DNA of 58,063 bases from Candidatus Iainarchaeum sp. (lineage in GTDB: Archaea > Micrarchaeota > Micrarchaeia > Burarchaeales > Fermentimicrarchaeaceae). This document shows, one piece after another, positions 36,400-45,040 of this stretch. Numbering within the stretch: the stretch's first letter is position 1; the number at the start of each line of letters is the position of its first letter. Made by a program: the position numbers and the translations under genes. The notes under the pieces are model-generated. The model was not told the origin of the DNA. It ran no database searches and saw only the letters and a list, made by a program, of their open reading frames with translations. The stretch is taken from assembly GCA_028714235.1 (NCBI GenBank), contig JAQTMQ010000004.1, positions 1 through 58,063 on the forward strand, in the 5' to 3' direction.

Positions 36400-37466
36400 A
36401 GGCGCTGATACTTTCCGGAGGGCACGGGACGCGGCTGCGCCCGCTCACGCACACGAGCGCGAAGCAGCTCATCCCGATAGCGAACAAGCCCAACCTGTTC
36501 TACGCGATAGAGGACGTGGTCAACGCCGGGGTAAGGGACGTCGGCTTCATAGTCGGCCACACTAAGGAGGAGGTGAAGGCCGCGGTCGGCGACGGCTCGC
36601 GCTGGGGGATAAGGGCCACCTTCATAGAGCAGGACGCGCCGAGGGGGCTCGCCCACGCGGTCCTGATTGCCGAAAAGTTCATCGGGAAGGAGCCGTTCGT
36701 CATGTACCTCGGCGACAACATCCTGAAGGGCGGGATAAACGATTTCGTCCGCAATTTCGAGGAGTCGGACGCCGCGGCGTCCATCATGCTCTGCAAGGTT
36801 GGCGAGCCGCAGCGCTTCGGCGTCGCGGAAGTGGACGCGCACGGCCGCGTTCTCTCGCTTGAGGAGAAGCCGAAAAAGCCGAAAAGCGACCTCGCCCTCG
36901 TGGGCATCTACCTTTTCAGGCACGACATCTTTGGCGCGGCAAAAAAAATCAAGCCGTCCTGGAGAAACGAGCTCGAGATTACGGACGCGATTTCCTACCT
37001 CGTGAAGCACGGAAAGAAGGTGACGACGGACGTGGTCCGCGGCTGGTGGAAGGACACGGGGAAGCCGGAGGACATCCTTGACGCGAACAGGCTCGCCCTC
37101 GAGATGATTGAGCCCAGGATTGCCGGGACGGTGGAGGAAGGCGTCGAGATGGTGGGCAGGGTGGCGATTGGCGCTGGAACCGTGGTAAGGAAGGGAAGCT
37201 CCATCCACGGGCCAGCGATAATCGGGGCGGGCTGCGTAATCGGCCCGAACGCGTTCATCGGCCCCTTCACCTCAATCGGGGACAACTCGAGGCTTTCAAA
37301 CGTCGAAATCGAGAACTCGGTGGTCATCGGGGACAGCGCAATAGAGTGCAGCAGGCGCATCCGCGACTCGCTTATCGGGAAGAACGTGCACATTTCGAGC
37401 GCGGACTCAAACGTCCCCAAGTGCACGAAGCTGGTTCTCGGCGAGCACTCGAGGATAAGCATCTGA
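36396..37466 (+). CDS. rmlA: glucose-1-phosphate thymidylyltransferase, long archaeal form with a C-terminal left-handed beta-helix
   Basis: KALILSGGHGTRLRPLTHTSAKQLIPIANKP plus hexapeptide repeats at the C-terminus. The GTG at 36396 forms a GTGA overlap with the rmlD stop. The track ORF starts at the GTG at 36387. Confidence 0.85.
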   Translation: MKALILSGGHGTRLRPLTHTSAKQLIPIANKPNLFYAIEDVVNAGVRDVGFIVGHTKEEVKAAVGDGSRWGIRATFIEQDAPRGLAHAVLIAEKFIGKEPFVMYLGDNILKGGINDFVRNFEESDAAASIMLCKVGEPQRFGVAEVDAHGRVLSLEEKPKKPKSDLALVGIYLFRHDIFGAAKKIKPSWRNELEITDAISYLVKHGKKVTTDVVRGWWKDTGKPEDILDANRLALEMIEPRIAGTVEEGVEMVGRVAIGAGTVVRKGSSIHGPAIIGAGCVIGPNAFIGPFTSIGDNSRLSNVEIENSVVIGDSAIECSRRIRDSLIGKNVHISSADSNVPKCTKLVLGEHSRISI

Positions 37467-37503
37467 GGGGCTTCGCGCCCCATTTTCTTCCCGCCGCGCG
37501 GGC

Positions 37504-40239
37504 CTATCCGCCCAGGAGCTTGTAAATGCGGATGTAGGGCATGCCGCCCGACGGGCTCGCGTACTCGTAAACTTTTTCGAAGCCCGCAAGCTCCCCGAGA
37601 TAGAATCCCTTGTAGAAGTTGGAGTCGTAGTACTCGCCTTTCCGGTCGTCCCATCCGCTCACGTTGTCCTGCCACAGCCTGGGCTCCCTGAAGTATAGCG
37701 CGGTGTACGCCGCGTAGCGCTTGCCCTGGCTGTTCTGGACGAGCTGGGCGGAAGTCAGGATCGCCTTGTTCTGCCTTGACAGGTTGTTCTCGTAAAACAT
37801 GACCACGGGCGCGTTGTAGCCGTTCTGGGCCTCCTCGTACACGCAGTAGCTCGCCCCGAAGCTTGAGATTCCCCTGACGAGCTGGATGGTGGGGTCGGGC
37901 GTAGAGCAGTAGTCGCTGAGCGAGCGGTCGACCGGGATGTAAACCGTTTCGGGGCGGTGGTCGGCCTCGCACTGCGAGGCGCCGGGCCCCCCCTGCGAGG
38001 CGGCGAAGCTCATGTTGGTCTCGTTGTTGTAGACGCAGGCGAGGAAGTTGAGCGCGCCCCATTTCGCCACGAGGTCGTAGTCCATGAGGACGTATCCCGC
38101 ATCATAGTCGCGCATGAATTGGGCGAGGTCCGCCTCCCCGCTTTGCGCGCTGTCCTTGGGCCCGAACACGAACTTGTCCGCGACCATGAGGTCAATCGTC
38201 GTGTTCACGTGCTCGTTCCTCGTCAGCGCGTTCTTCTGGCCGAAAAAGTTTATCCAGTGCCCGTAATCCCACCACGAGACCACGCGCGTGTCGTTTTCCA
38301 CGTTCGCCCTTATCCAGTTCATGGGCTGTATCCAGTAATCCGGAATCTGCGCGCAGTAAAGGTAATACGCTTCGCCGTAACCGGTTTGGGCGAGCTTGTT
38401 GCAGTCGATGCCGCCGCCCGCGAGCGCGAGCGTCGGGTCCATCTGCACGAGCGTGAGCTGCACTGCGGTTCCCTGGAACGGCTCCCCGCCTCCCAGGTGC
38501 GGCTCGAGCACGACGACCACCGCGAACATGACGGCCGCATAGCGGACGATTTCGCGCGCGTTCTTCCTGTTCTCGTCGCCCTTGAGGTAGGCGCGCGCGA
38601 GCTTTTCCGCTTCGCCGAAGACGACCGCGACCGCGAGCACGAGCATGAAGCCGAGCTGGAGCAGGTACTTGCTCTTGCTCATTCCCACGTACGAAATCGG
38701 GTAAATCAGGAGCGCGAGGAGCAAGGCGAGCTTCGAGTCGCGGTAGACCGCGTACGCGAGGCCGAACCCCGCCGCAATCAGCGTGAGCTGTATGAGCGTG
38801 AGGCCGGGCAAAACCGTGTAGCCGAGGGCGTCAAACGCGCTCGAGAAGTCTCCGCCCGTGGGGGACTCCTCGGCGACGGTCATGTAAAGCGCTTCAGAGT
38901 AGCCCGCGAACCCGGCCGCGGTCGCGACGTAGCTCCTGACCATCGTCCCAATGGGCGTCATCAGCAGCACCACCATGCCGAGCGCGATTAGGCTGAGCAC
39001 GGCGTAAGAGCGCTTTTCCCCTTCGTCTTTGACCAGCATGCAGACGAAGAATGTCGGGACGGAGAACAGGAACAGGAATGCCCTTTCGACGAAGGCGAGC
39101 TCATTGAACGGCTTGTTTATGCAGTAGAGCGCGGCGGCAAACATGTACGCGCCCGCAACCACCGCAACGCGCACGAAGAACGGGTAGCCCGGTATGTAGA
39201 GGTACATCGTCGCCGAGCAAAGAACGATTGCGGCGACGATTATCCCGTTCAATTCAAGGAACTGGCGCAGGCTCCTGCCGCGCACGAATTCGAGGAGCGA
39301 TTGTATCCCCAAATATCCCCCGTAAACGAGGGACAGGATGATGAAGTACTGCGAGCCGCTGATTACGCTTGCCGCCGCGACCCCGGAAAGCGCGGCAAGC
39401 CCCCTGTCCTTCCTGTAAACCGTCAGCGCGTAGGCGGCCGCGAAGAAGAACAGCGCAAAAATCCCCCAGGGCTGGATTTCGGCCGAGCCCGCGCAAAACT
39501 TTTCTACGAACCTCGGCAGCACCGCCGCGAAAACCGCGGCCATGAGCCCGTAAACCGCCCCGTATTCCTCCCTCACGAGCACGAAGAGCAGGAAGCACAG
39601 GAGCGCGCCCACGAGCGGGGGGTACACGTTCGCGACCATGGACAGGAGGTAGTTGTCGTACGCCCCGCCCTGCGTGTAAAGCGAGTACCACCCTGCCGTC
39701 AAATAGTTCGTGAGGGGCGCGAGCCGGTGGGATGCGCCCTGCGGGTACCACGCCGTGACGTCGTGCGGGGGTATCGAGCCCTCGGTCAGGATGAACTGGG
39801 TGCCGTACATGTAATAGTACGGGTCGAACTCGTAGAAGATGGGGGTCAGGCTCTGCATGCGCGCCCAGAACGCCCAAAGCATGACGAGGGTGAGCGCGCC
39901 CCAGACGAGCAGCTTCTTCCTGTCCTCCGGCTTCCCCGTGTCAATCTCCAGCCCGGAAAACTCCTTGAACGCGCCTGTCTTCGCCCCCCACGCGCCCCCG
40001 GCCACCGCGATTACCGCGCTTGCGGCGAGCGCGACCGGAAGCGAGTAGCCGATGCCCGCGAGCGAGGCTAGGAAGACGAGGAACGGCGGGATGACGAGGC
40101 CGAGGATGAAGCCGAAAACGATTTTTTCGTAGAGCAGGAGCCTCGAGTTCCTGAGCAGCGGCATGGCGACCGCTAGGCCCGGGACCAGCGTGTAAAAGAA
40201 AATGGGTATCGCTGCAAGGATGAAGTCGGCATACCCCAT
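37504..40239 (-). CDS. aglB: archaeal oligosaccharyltransferase AglB (STT3)
   Basis: 911 aa, 13-TM N-terminal domain with EFDPYYY, catalytic WWDYGHW motif, soluble C-terminal domain. Confidence 0.9.
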   Translation of the reverse strand: MGYADFILAAIPIFFYTLVPGLAVAMPLLRNSRLLLYEKIVFGFILGLVIPPFLVFLASLAGIGYSLPVALAASAVIAVAGGAWGAKTGAFKEFSGLEIDTGKPEDRKKLLVWGALTLVMLWAFWARMQSLTPIFYEFDPYYYMYGTQFILTEGSIPPHDVTAWYPQGASHRLAPLTNYLTAGWYSLYTQGGAYDNYLLSMVANVYPPLVGALLCFLLFVLVREEYGAVYGLMAAVFAAVLPRFVEKFCAGSAEIQPWGIFALFFFAAAYALTVYRKDRGLAALSGVAAASVISGSQYFIILSLVYGGYLGIQSLLEFVRGRSLRQFLELNGIIVAAIVLCSATMYLYIPGYPFFVRVAVVAGAYMFAAALYCINKPFNELAFVERAFLFLFSVPTFFVCMLVKDEGEKRSYAVLSLIALGMVVLLMTPIGTMVRSYVATAAGFAGYSEALYMTVAEESPTGGDFSSAFDALGYTVLPGLTLIQLTLIAAGFGLAYAVYRDSKLALLLALLIYPISYVGMSKSKYLLQLGFMLVLAVAVVFGEAEKLARAYLKGDENRKNAREIVRYAAVMFAVVVVLEPHLGGGEPFQGTAVQLTLVQMDPTLALAGGGIDCNKLAQTGYGEAYYLYCAQIPDYWIQPMNWIRANVENDTRVVSWWDYGHWINFFGQKNALTRNEHVNTTIDLMVADKFVFGPKDSAQSGEADLAQFMRDYDAGYVLMDYDLVAKWGALNFLACVYNNETNMSFAASQGGPGASQCEADHRPETVYIPVDRSLSDYCSTPDPTIQLVRGISSFGASYCVYEEAQNGYNAPVVMFYENNLSRQNKAILTSAQLVQNSQGKRYAAYTALYFREPRLWQDNVSGWDDRKGEYYDSNFYKGFYLGELAGFEKVYEYASPSGGMPYIRIYKLLGG

Positions 40240-40332
40240 AAACAGTACCTTGAGTGCCTAACCAAAGACGGCGAATATTTATCCGTACGGGTTTAAAATG
40301 GTACTCGAAAACTTAGTGGGTCAGGTTTCCCG

Positions 40333-41475
40333 ATGTTTGACGTCCACGTGATAGGCTGCGGTCCCGCGGGAAGCGTTTGCGCGCGCGAGCTCGCCAAGGC
40401 CGGGCAGCGGGTCCTCGTTTCCGAGGAGCACTCGAAGCCGGGCGTCCCGGCCCAATGCTCGGGCCTCATCTCCGTAGAAGGAATGGAGTCGCTAGGGATA
40501 GACTACTCGAAGGCGCTCCTCAACACGGTGACGGGCGCGCGCATCCATTCCCCGGGCGCGGGCGAGATGACCGTAGGCAACGGGGTTCCGCGCGCGCACG
40601 TCGTGGACCGCGCGATCCTCGACTTGCTTCTTTCGGAAGCGGCGGTAAGGGAAGGCGCAAGGCTCGAGCTCGGGAAGCGCGTGGCCGAATCCTCGCTCTC
40701 CGGAAAATTCATAGTTGGAGCGGACGGCGCGGGCTCCAGCGTCGCGCAATGGTTCGGCTTCCCCCGCATCACGGAATTCGCCGCCTGCATGCAGGCGGAT
40801 TTTTCGGGCGCGCGCACGGGCGACGCGAAGACGCTCGACATGTTCCTTTCAAACGAGCGCTTCCCCGGCTTTTTCGGCTGGGTGATTCCCACGGGAAAGG
40901 ACGGCGCGCGGGCCGGGATGGGCGCATACCTCGACATTTTTTCTGCGGGAAGGCCCGCGCCGGTCGCAAGGCTTTTCGAGAGGTTCCTCGCGTCAGGGGC
41001 GGTTTCCGGCCTGCTTTCCGGCGCGCGCAGGGAGGGCTCGCTTGCAGGGATAATCCCGATGAAGCCGAGGGAGGCGACCGTGAAGGGGAACGCGCTCCTC
41101 GTCGGCGACGCGGCGGGCCAGGTGAAGGCGACCACCGGGGGCGGCATCGTCTTCGGCACCGCGGCCGCGCGCATCGCCGCGAAATGCATCTCCTCGCGGA
41201 ACCCTTCCGCGTACGAGGCTGAATGGCGCTCGGAGCTCGGCAGGGAGCTTTCCCTCCACAGGAGGCTGCGGCTTTTCTCGAACTCCCTCACGGATTCGCG
41301 CATGGCCTCGCTTTTCTCGATGGCGAAGCTGCTCGGCGCCGAATCGTTCCTGAACCGCTTCGGCGACATGGACAGGCCGGGAAGGATGGAGGACAGCCTG
41401 CGTGCGAACGGCATGGGAGGCCTGCTTTCCGCTTACTCGTCGCAGCTCCCGGAGGCTGATGGCCGGCTAATTTAA
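40333..41475 (+). CDS. geranylgeranyl reductase family flavoprotein
   Basis: VHVIGCGPAGSVCARELAKAGQRVLVSEE..CSGLIS and LLVGDAAGQVKATTGGGI are hallmarks of GGR / digeranylgeranylglycerophospholipid reductase. Confidence 0.85.
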   Translation: MFDVHVIGCGPAGSVCARELAKAGQRVLVSEEHSKPGVPAQCSGLISVEGMESLGIDYSKALLNTVTGARIHSPGAGEMTVGNGVPRAHVVDRAILDLLLSEAAVREGARLELGKRVAESSLSGKFIVGADGAGSSVAQWFGFPRITEFAACMQADFSGARTGDAKTLDMFLSNERFPGFFGWVIPTGKDGARAGMGAYLDIFSAGRPAPVARLFERFLASGAVSGLLSGARREGSLAGIIPMKPREATVKGNALLVGDAAGQVKATTGGGIVFGTAAARIAAKCISSRNPSAYEAEWRSELGRELSLHRRLRLFSNSLTDSRMASLFSMAKLLGAESFLNRFGDMDRPGRMEDSLRANGMGGLLSAYSSQLPEADGRLI

Positions 41476-41479
41476 ACAG
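41471..41479 (+). promoter_or_regulatory. TTTAAACAG promoter word upstream of uppS
   Basis: The identical 9-mer recurs at 46507..46515 (upstream of PAC2) and 50117..50125 (upstream of topA), 30-45 nt before the ATGs. Here it overlaps the GGR stop codon. Confidence 0.4.
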
Positions 41480-41515
41480 CAGCCTCGCCAATCAGACACG
41501 GCAAAGGATGGTGAC

Positions 41516-42226
41516 ATGAGCGAAACCCCTCCCGCAGTCCCGAGGCACATAGTGTTCATTCCGGACGGAAACCGCAGGTGGGCGAAGCTGCACGGCAAGC
41601 CCCTCCTCGAAGGCCACAGCGCGGGCATAGACAACCTCCGCTCGGTCGCCGCGTGGTGCAGGGACGCGGGCGTGAAGACCGTGACCTTCTGGGGCTTTTC
41701 AAGCGAAAACTTCAGCCGCGACCGCTCCGAAGTCGAGGGCCTGATGAGGCTCTTCGTCTCGAAGTTCGAGGAGTTCAAGGACCACTCGGAAGTCCACAAA
41801 AACAAGGTCAGGGTGAGGTTTTTCGGCAGGCTCGGCATGCTTCCCTCCCCGCTGCGGGGAAAGCTGCGCGAAGTCGAAAAGGAGACCGAAAGCCACTCCG
41901 ACTACCTCCTCAACATCCTCATCGCGTACGGGGGCAGGCAGGAAATCGTGGACGCGTGCAACGCGGCAATCGCGGACGCGAAGGCGGGCAGGATTTCGGG
42001 CGTCACGGAAGAGTCCTTCGGCAAATACGTTTACATGAGCGGAATAGAGGAGCCCGACCTCATCGTCAGGACGAGCGGCGAAATGCGGCTTTCAGGGGTC
42101 CTCCCATGGCAAAGCGGGTACAGCGAGCTCTACTTTCCTGAAGCGCTTTGGCCCGACTTCTCCGAAGCAGACTTCAAGGCGGCGCTCGCCGAATTCGCGA
42201 AAAGGAAAAGAAGGTTCGGCAAGTGA
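41516..42226 (+). CDS. uppS: cis-prenyltransferase (undecaprenyl/dehydrodolichyl diphosphate synthase)
   Basis: PRHIVFIPDGNRRWAK, ..TFWGFSSENFSR.., RTSGEMRLSGVLPWQSGYSELYF. Confidence 0.9.
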   Translation: MSETPPAVPRHIVFIPDGNRRWAKLHGKPLLEGHSAGIDNLRSVAAWCRDAGVKTVTFWGFSSENFSRDRSEVEGLMRLFVSKFEEFKDHSEVHKNKVRVRFFGRLGMLPSPLRGKLREVEKETESHSDYLLNILIAYGGRQEIVDACNAAIADAKAGRISGVTEESFGKYVYMSGIEEPDLIVRTSGEMRLSGVLPWQSGYSELYFPEALWPDFSEADFKAALAEFAKRKRRFGK

Positions 42227-42236
42227 GGCGGGGCGC

Positions 42237-42566
42237 ATGAGGCTCGAAAATTTCGAGGTCGCGAAAACCCGGTTCCAGAGGGCGCGCGGCATAATGTTCA
42301 GGCGCAGGCTCTCCCGCCCCGTGCTTTTCGTGTTCGCCCGCGAGAAGTCCCTCGGCAACGCGGTGCACTCCCTTTTCTGCTTCACGCGCTTCGACGCGAT
42401 TTTCCTGGACCGGAACAAGCGCGTGGTAGACGTCATGCCGAAAATCGCCCCGTTCCGCCCCTTCGTCGCCCCGCGCGCGAAAGCCAAGTACCTCATAGAG
42501 GCGCCCCCGGGCTGGGCGGAGGAAAAAAAGGTGGAAGTCGGGGAAAAAATCGAGTTCAGCCTGTGA
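42237..42566 (+). CDS. DUF192-family protein
   Basis: 109 aa: ..ARGIMFRR..PVLFVF......AVHSLFCFTRFDAIFLD.NKRVVDV....PF......AKYLIEAPPGW matches my memory of the DUF192 pattern. Confidence 0.7.
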   Translation: MRLENFEVAKTRFQRARGIMFRRRLSRPVLFVFAREKSLGNAVHSLFCFTRFDAIFLDRNKRVVDVMPKIAPFRPFVAPRAKAKYLIEAPPGWAEEKKVEVGEKIEFSL

Positions 42567-42584
42567 AACCGGGCGGGCCGTCAG

Positions 42585-43115
42585 ATGGGAATCGATTGGC
42601 TTGGCGGGAAGGACGTGGGCCCGTTCAAGCTTGAAGTGGAATCCGTGCGAAGGCTGGAAAGCGAGCTCTACCGCTTCAGGCTGTTCCTCGTTGACGGCAA
42701 GGGGGCGCGCTCGGAAACGCCGATAATGGAGGGGCTTTACAGCGCGGGCGTCCCGTCCGAAAACATCGAGGGCTGGATTGACTGCGAATACTACGAAACC
42801 GCCGGGTTCCCGGACGGGAGCGCGGCGGACTTCTCGCAGGGCGGCCTCCACAAAGAGCTTTTCGCACTCGTCGGCTCAATCATCCCTGAAGGCGGGAGCC
42901 TGATGATAGCGTACGACATGTTCCGGGGCCGGACACGGCTCCACGAGGAAACCGCGCGCATGCTCAACTCCGGCGCCGCGCCGGAGGCGACGCCGATAGG
43001 CAGGCTCCTCGCCGAGGCCGGCTGCGGCAGCAGCATGAAGGACTGGTATTTCCCGGAAGGCGGGAGCGAGGGCCACATGAAGCTGCAGGGCTTCAAGCAC
43101 GCGAAAACGATTTAA
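42585..43115 (+). CDS. conserved hypothetical protein (possibly the archaeal DUF1122 type, unverified)
   Basis: 176-aa ORF with normal composition. The ending WYFPEGGSEGHMKLQGFK reminds me of DUF1122, but I cannot verify that. Confidence 0.55.
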   Translation: MGIDWLGGKDVGPFKLEVESVRRLESELYRFRLFLVDGKGARSETPIMEGLYSAGVPSENIEGWIDCEYYETAGFPDGSAADFSQGGLHKELFALVGSIIPEGGSLMIAYDMFRGRTRLHEETARMLNSGAAPEATPIGRLLAEAGCGSSMKDWYFPEGGSEGHMKLQGFKHAKTI

Positions 43116-43148
43116 GCGCCCCGCGGAAAATCCTTCCGGGGTGCGGAC

Positions 43149-43370
43149 GTGGACTTGAAAAAGATGCTCTTAGAGCAAAACGAGGCGGGGTGGGACCGCG
43201 TCCTCCGCGTCGCGGCAGGCGCAATCCTCTTCGCCGCGTACGCCTTGTGGTTCCAGTGGACGCTTCCCGGCTACGTGATGGTGATAATCGCGCTTATCGC
43301 GCTCGTCACCGGACTCCTGGGGCACTGCGCCATTTACTCGCTCCTCGGAATCAGGACCGGCGGGAAGTAG
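43149..43370 (+). CDS. DUF2892 (YgaP-like) small membrane protein
   Basis: GWDRVLRVAAGAILF..two TM helices..GHCAIYSLLGIRT resembles the DUF2892 signature. GTG start; an alternative ATG is at 43164. Confidence 0.6.
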   Translation: MDLKKMLLEQNEAGWDRVLRVAAGAILFAAYALWFQWTLPGYVMVIIALIALVTGLLGHCAIYSLLGIRTGGK

Positions 43371-43486
43371 CCGCACGGAGGCAAGGCGCATCCGGGCGCC
43401 GAATGTCGCATAGCTTAAAATAGCGGGAGCCGGCAAATCAACTGCAATCTGGTTTTTCAGGAGCCATCTTCCGGAGAGTGCTTTTC

Positions 43487-45040
43487 ATGCGCCCGATTTT
43501 TGAGAGGCGGCTTTGCTGCAACTGCGACTCATGCATCCGCGCGTGCCCCGTCTCGCCCAGCTCGCCTGAAGAACTCGGGGAAATCTGCGACGGCTCGTGC
43601 GGCGGGGCTGCATGCGTTTCCGCCTGCCCCCAGTCAGCGCTCAAGCTTGGTGTGGGCGCGGCCGTGGAGGAAGGGGCCTCGAGCGAGTCGTTCGGCTGGA
43701 AAATCTTGGGGGAAGGCGAATGCGCCTCCCTTCAGGGCGAGGTGCTGCGGCTCCCGGGCCTGCGCGCCCTTGGAGCCGAGGAAGAGGAATTCGCGTGCAA
43801 CGTCAGGCGCGCGTTCCTCGACTGCGCGGGCGAGAAAGGCGTTGCGGAGTGCGTCTCCTCCCTGTGCGCGGAAAGGCGGGTATCCATGGACCCCGAGCAG
43901 GCCGGGCTCGTCGCCCGCTTCGTGGAAATTGACGCCGAGTCCGGAGGCCCGGTCGCGCTGCTTTCAAGCGACCCGCGCGCGGAAGAGGTTGCCGTGATTG
44001 GCGTGGACAAGCCCGTCTTCGTCTACCTTTCCGGGAAGGGGTGGGCGGCCGCAAACGCGGCCTTCACGTCGCTTTCCGCCCTGACCGGCGCGATAAACAA
44101 GCTCGCGAAGCCGCTCGGGCGGCGCGTCACCGCGCGCAGCCCGCGAATCAACGCAATCCTTTCGAACGGGTGCAGGATGCACGCTTCCATCCCCCCGGTT
44201 TCGGGCGGCGAGATTACTGTCCGGCGCTTCAGGAGCGAGCCGTTCTCGCCCGCGGACCTGGTCTCGTGCGGCGCGTTCACGCCCGAGGCGATGGCCTTCC
44301 TCTGGCTTGCGACGCAAAGCGACTCCTCGATAATAATCGCGGGGAACACGGGAAGCGGGAAGACGAGCGCGCTGAACGCGCTCTTCTCGTTCGTCCCGCT
44401 CGAGGAGCGGGTCCTGCTGATTGAGGAAACGCCGGAAGTCCGCATACCCCACGGGCACGCTTGCCGGCTGGTCGCGCGCGAAGAGCTCGGCCTCGGCCTG
44501 GGCGAGCTTTCCTCCGACTCGCTGAGGATGCGGCCCGACCGCGTCGTGATCGGCGAGGCGCGCGACGAAGGGGAGGTGCGCGCGCTGTTCGACTCCATGC
44601 TTTCCGGGCACGCGCGCGGCTCGTACGCGACGCTTCACGCCCGCGACTCGCGGGACGCGCTCGCACGCCTCTCCTCGCTCGGAGTGAGGCAGGCGGACCT
44701 GCCCGCACTCGACCTCATCGTGGTGCTGCGGAGAGCCGCCGCATTCGCGGACGGCAGGTTCAGCGAGTCGCGGAAATGCACGGAGATAAGCGAGGTCGCG
44801 GACGACGACGGCGTCCCGAGGGCGGCGCGCCTGTTCGCGCTCGACCGGAAGTCGGGCCGCCTCGTCTCCCGCTCGCTTGGCTCGAGGGCGAAGGAAAGGA
44901 TTTGCGCCGCTTTCGGGTTCGGCGGCGGGGAGCTTTCGCGCGAGATTTCCCGGCGCGCGCGCTTCATTTCCTCGCTTTGCGCGAGGCGGCAGGGCTTCGG
45001 CGAATGCCTTCGCGAGCTGGCTTCCTATGGCCGCGCTTGA
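43487..45040 (+). CDS. type II/IV secretion-family ATPase (FlaI/PilB/VirB11-like) with an N-terminal ferredoxin-like Cys domain
   Basis: Walker A IIIAGNTGSGKTSALNAL, Walker B/Asp box RMRPDRVVIGEARDEGEV, His box GHARGSYATLHA. The N-terminus carries CCNCDSCIRACP (C-x2-C-x2-C-x3-CP) and CDGSCGGAACVSACPQSAL. Confidence 0.85.
   Translation: MRPIFERRLCCNCDSCIRACPVSPSSPEELGEICDGSCGGAACVSACPQSALKLGVGAAVEEGASSESFGWKILGEGECASLQGEVLRLPGLRALGAEEEEFACNVRRAFLDCAGEKGVAECVSSLCAERRVSMDPEQAGLVARFVEIDAESGGPVALLSSDPRAEEVAVIGVDKPVFVYLSGKGWAAANAAFTSLSALTGAINKLAKPLGRRVTARSPRINAILSNGCRMHASIPPVSGGEITVRRFRSEPFSPADLVSCGAFTPEAMAFLWLATQSDSSIIIAGNTGSGKTSALNALFSFVPLEERVLLIEETPEVRIPHGHACRLVAREELGLGLGELSSDSLRMRPDRVVIGEARDEGEVRALFDSMLSGHARGSYATLHARDSRDALARLSSLGVRQADLPALDLIVVLRRAAAFADGRFSESRKCTEISEVADDDGVPRAARLFALDRKSGRLVSRSLGSRAKERICAAFGFGGGELSREISRRARFISSLCARRQGFGECLRELASYGRA

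Noticed and set aside
36003-37208. 401-aa minus-strand ORF
   Set aside because: It is antisense to rmlD and rmlA, both of which have textbook motifs.
37957-40071. Plus-strand ORFs 37957..38991 (344 aa) and 39301..40071 (256 aa)
   Set aside because: They are antisense to aglB (WWDYG-containing, 911 aa) and have an Arg/Glu/His-rich shadow composition.
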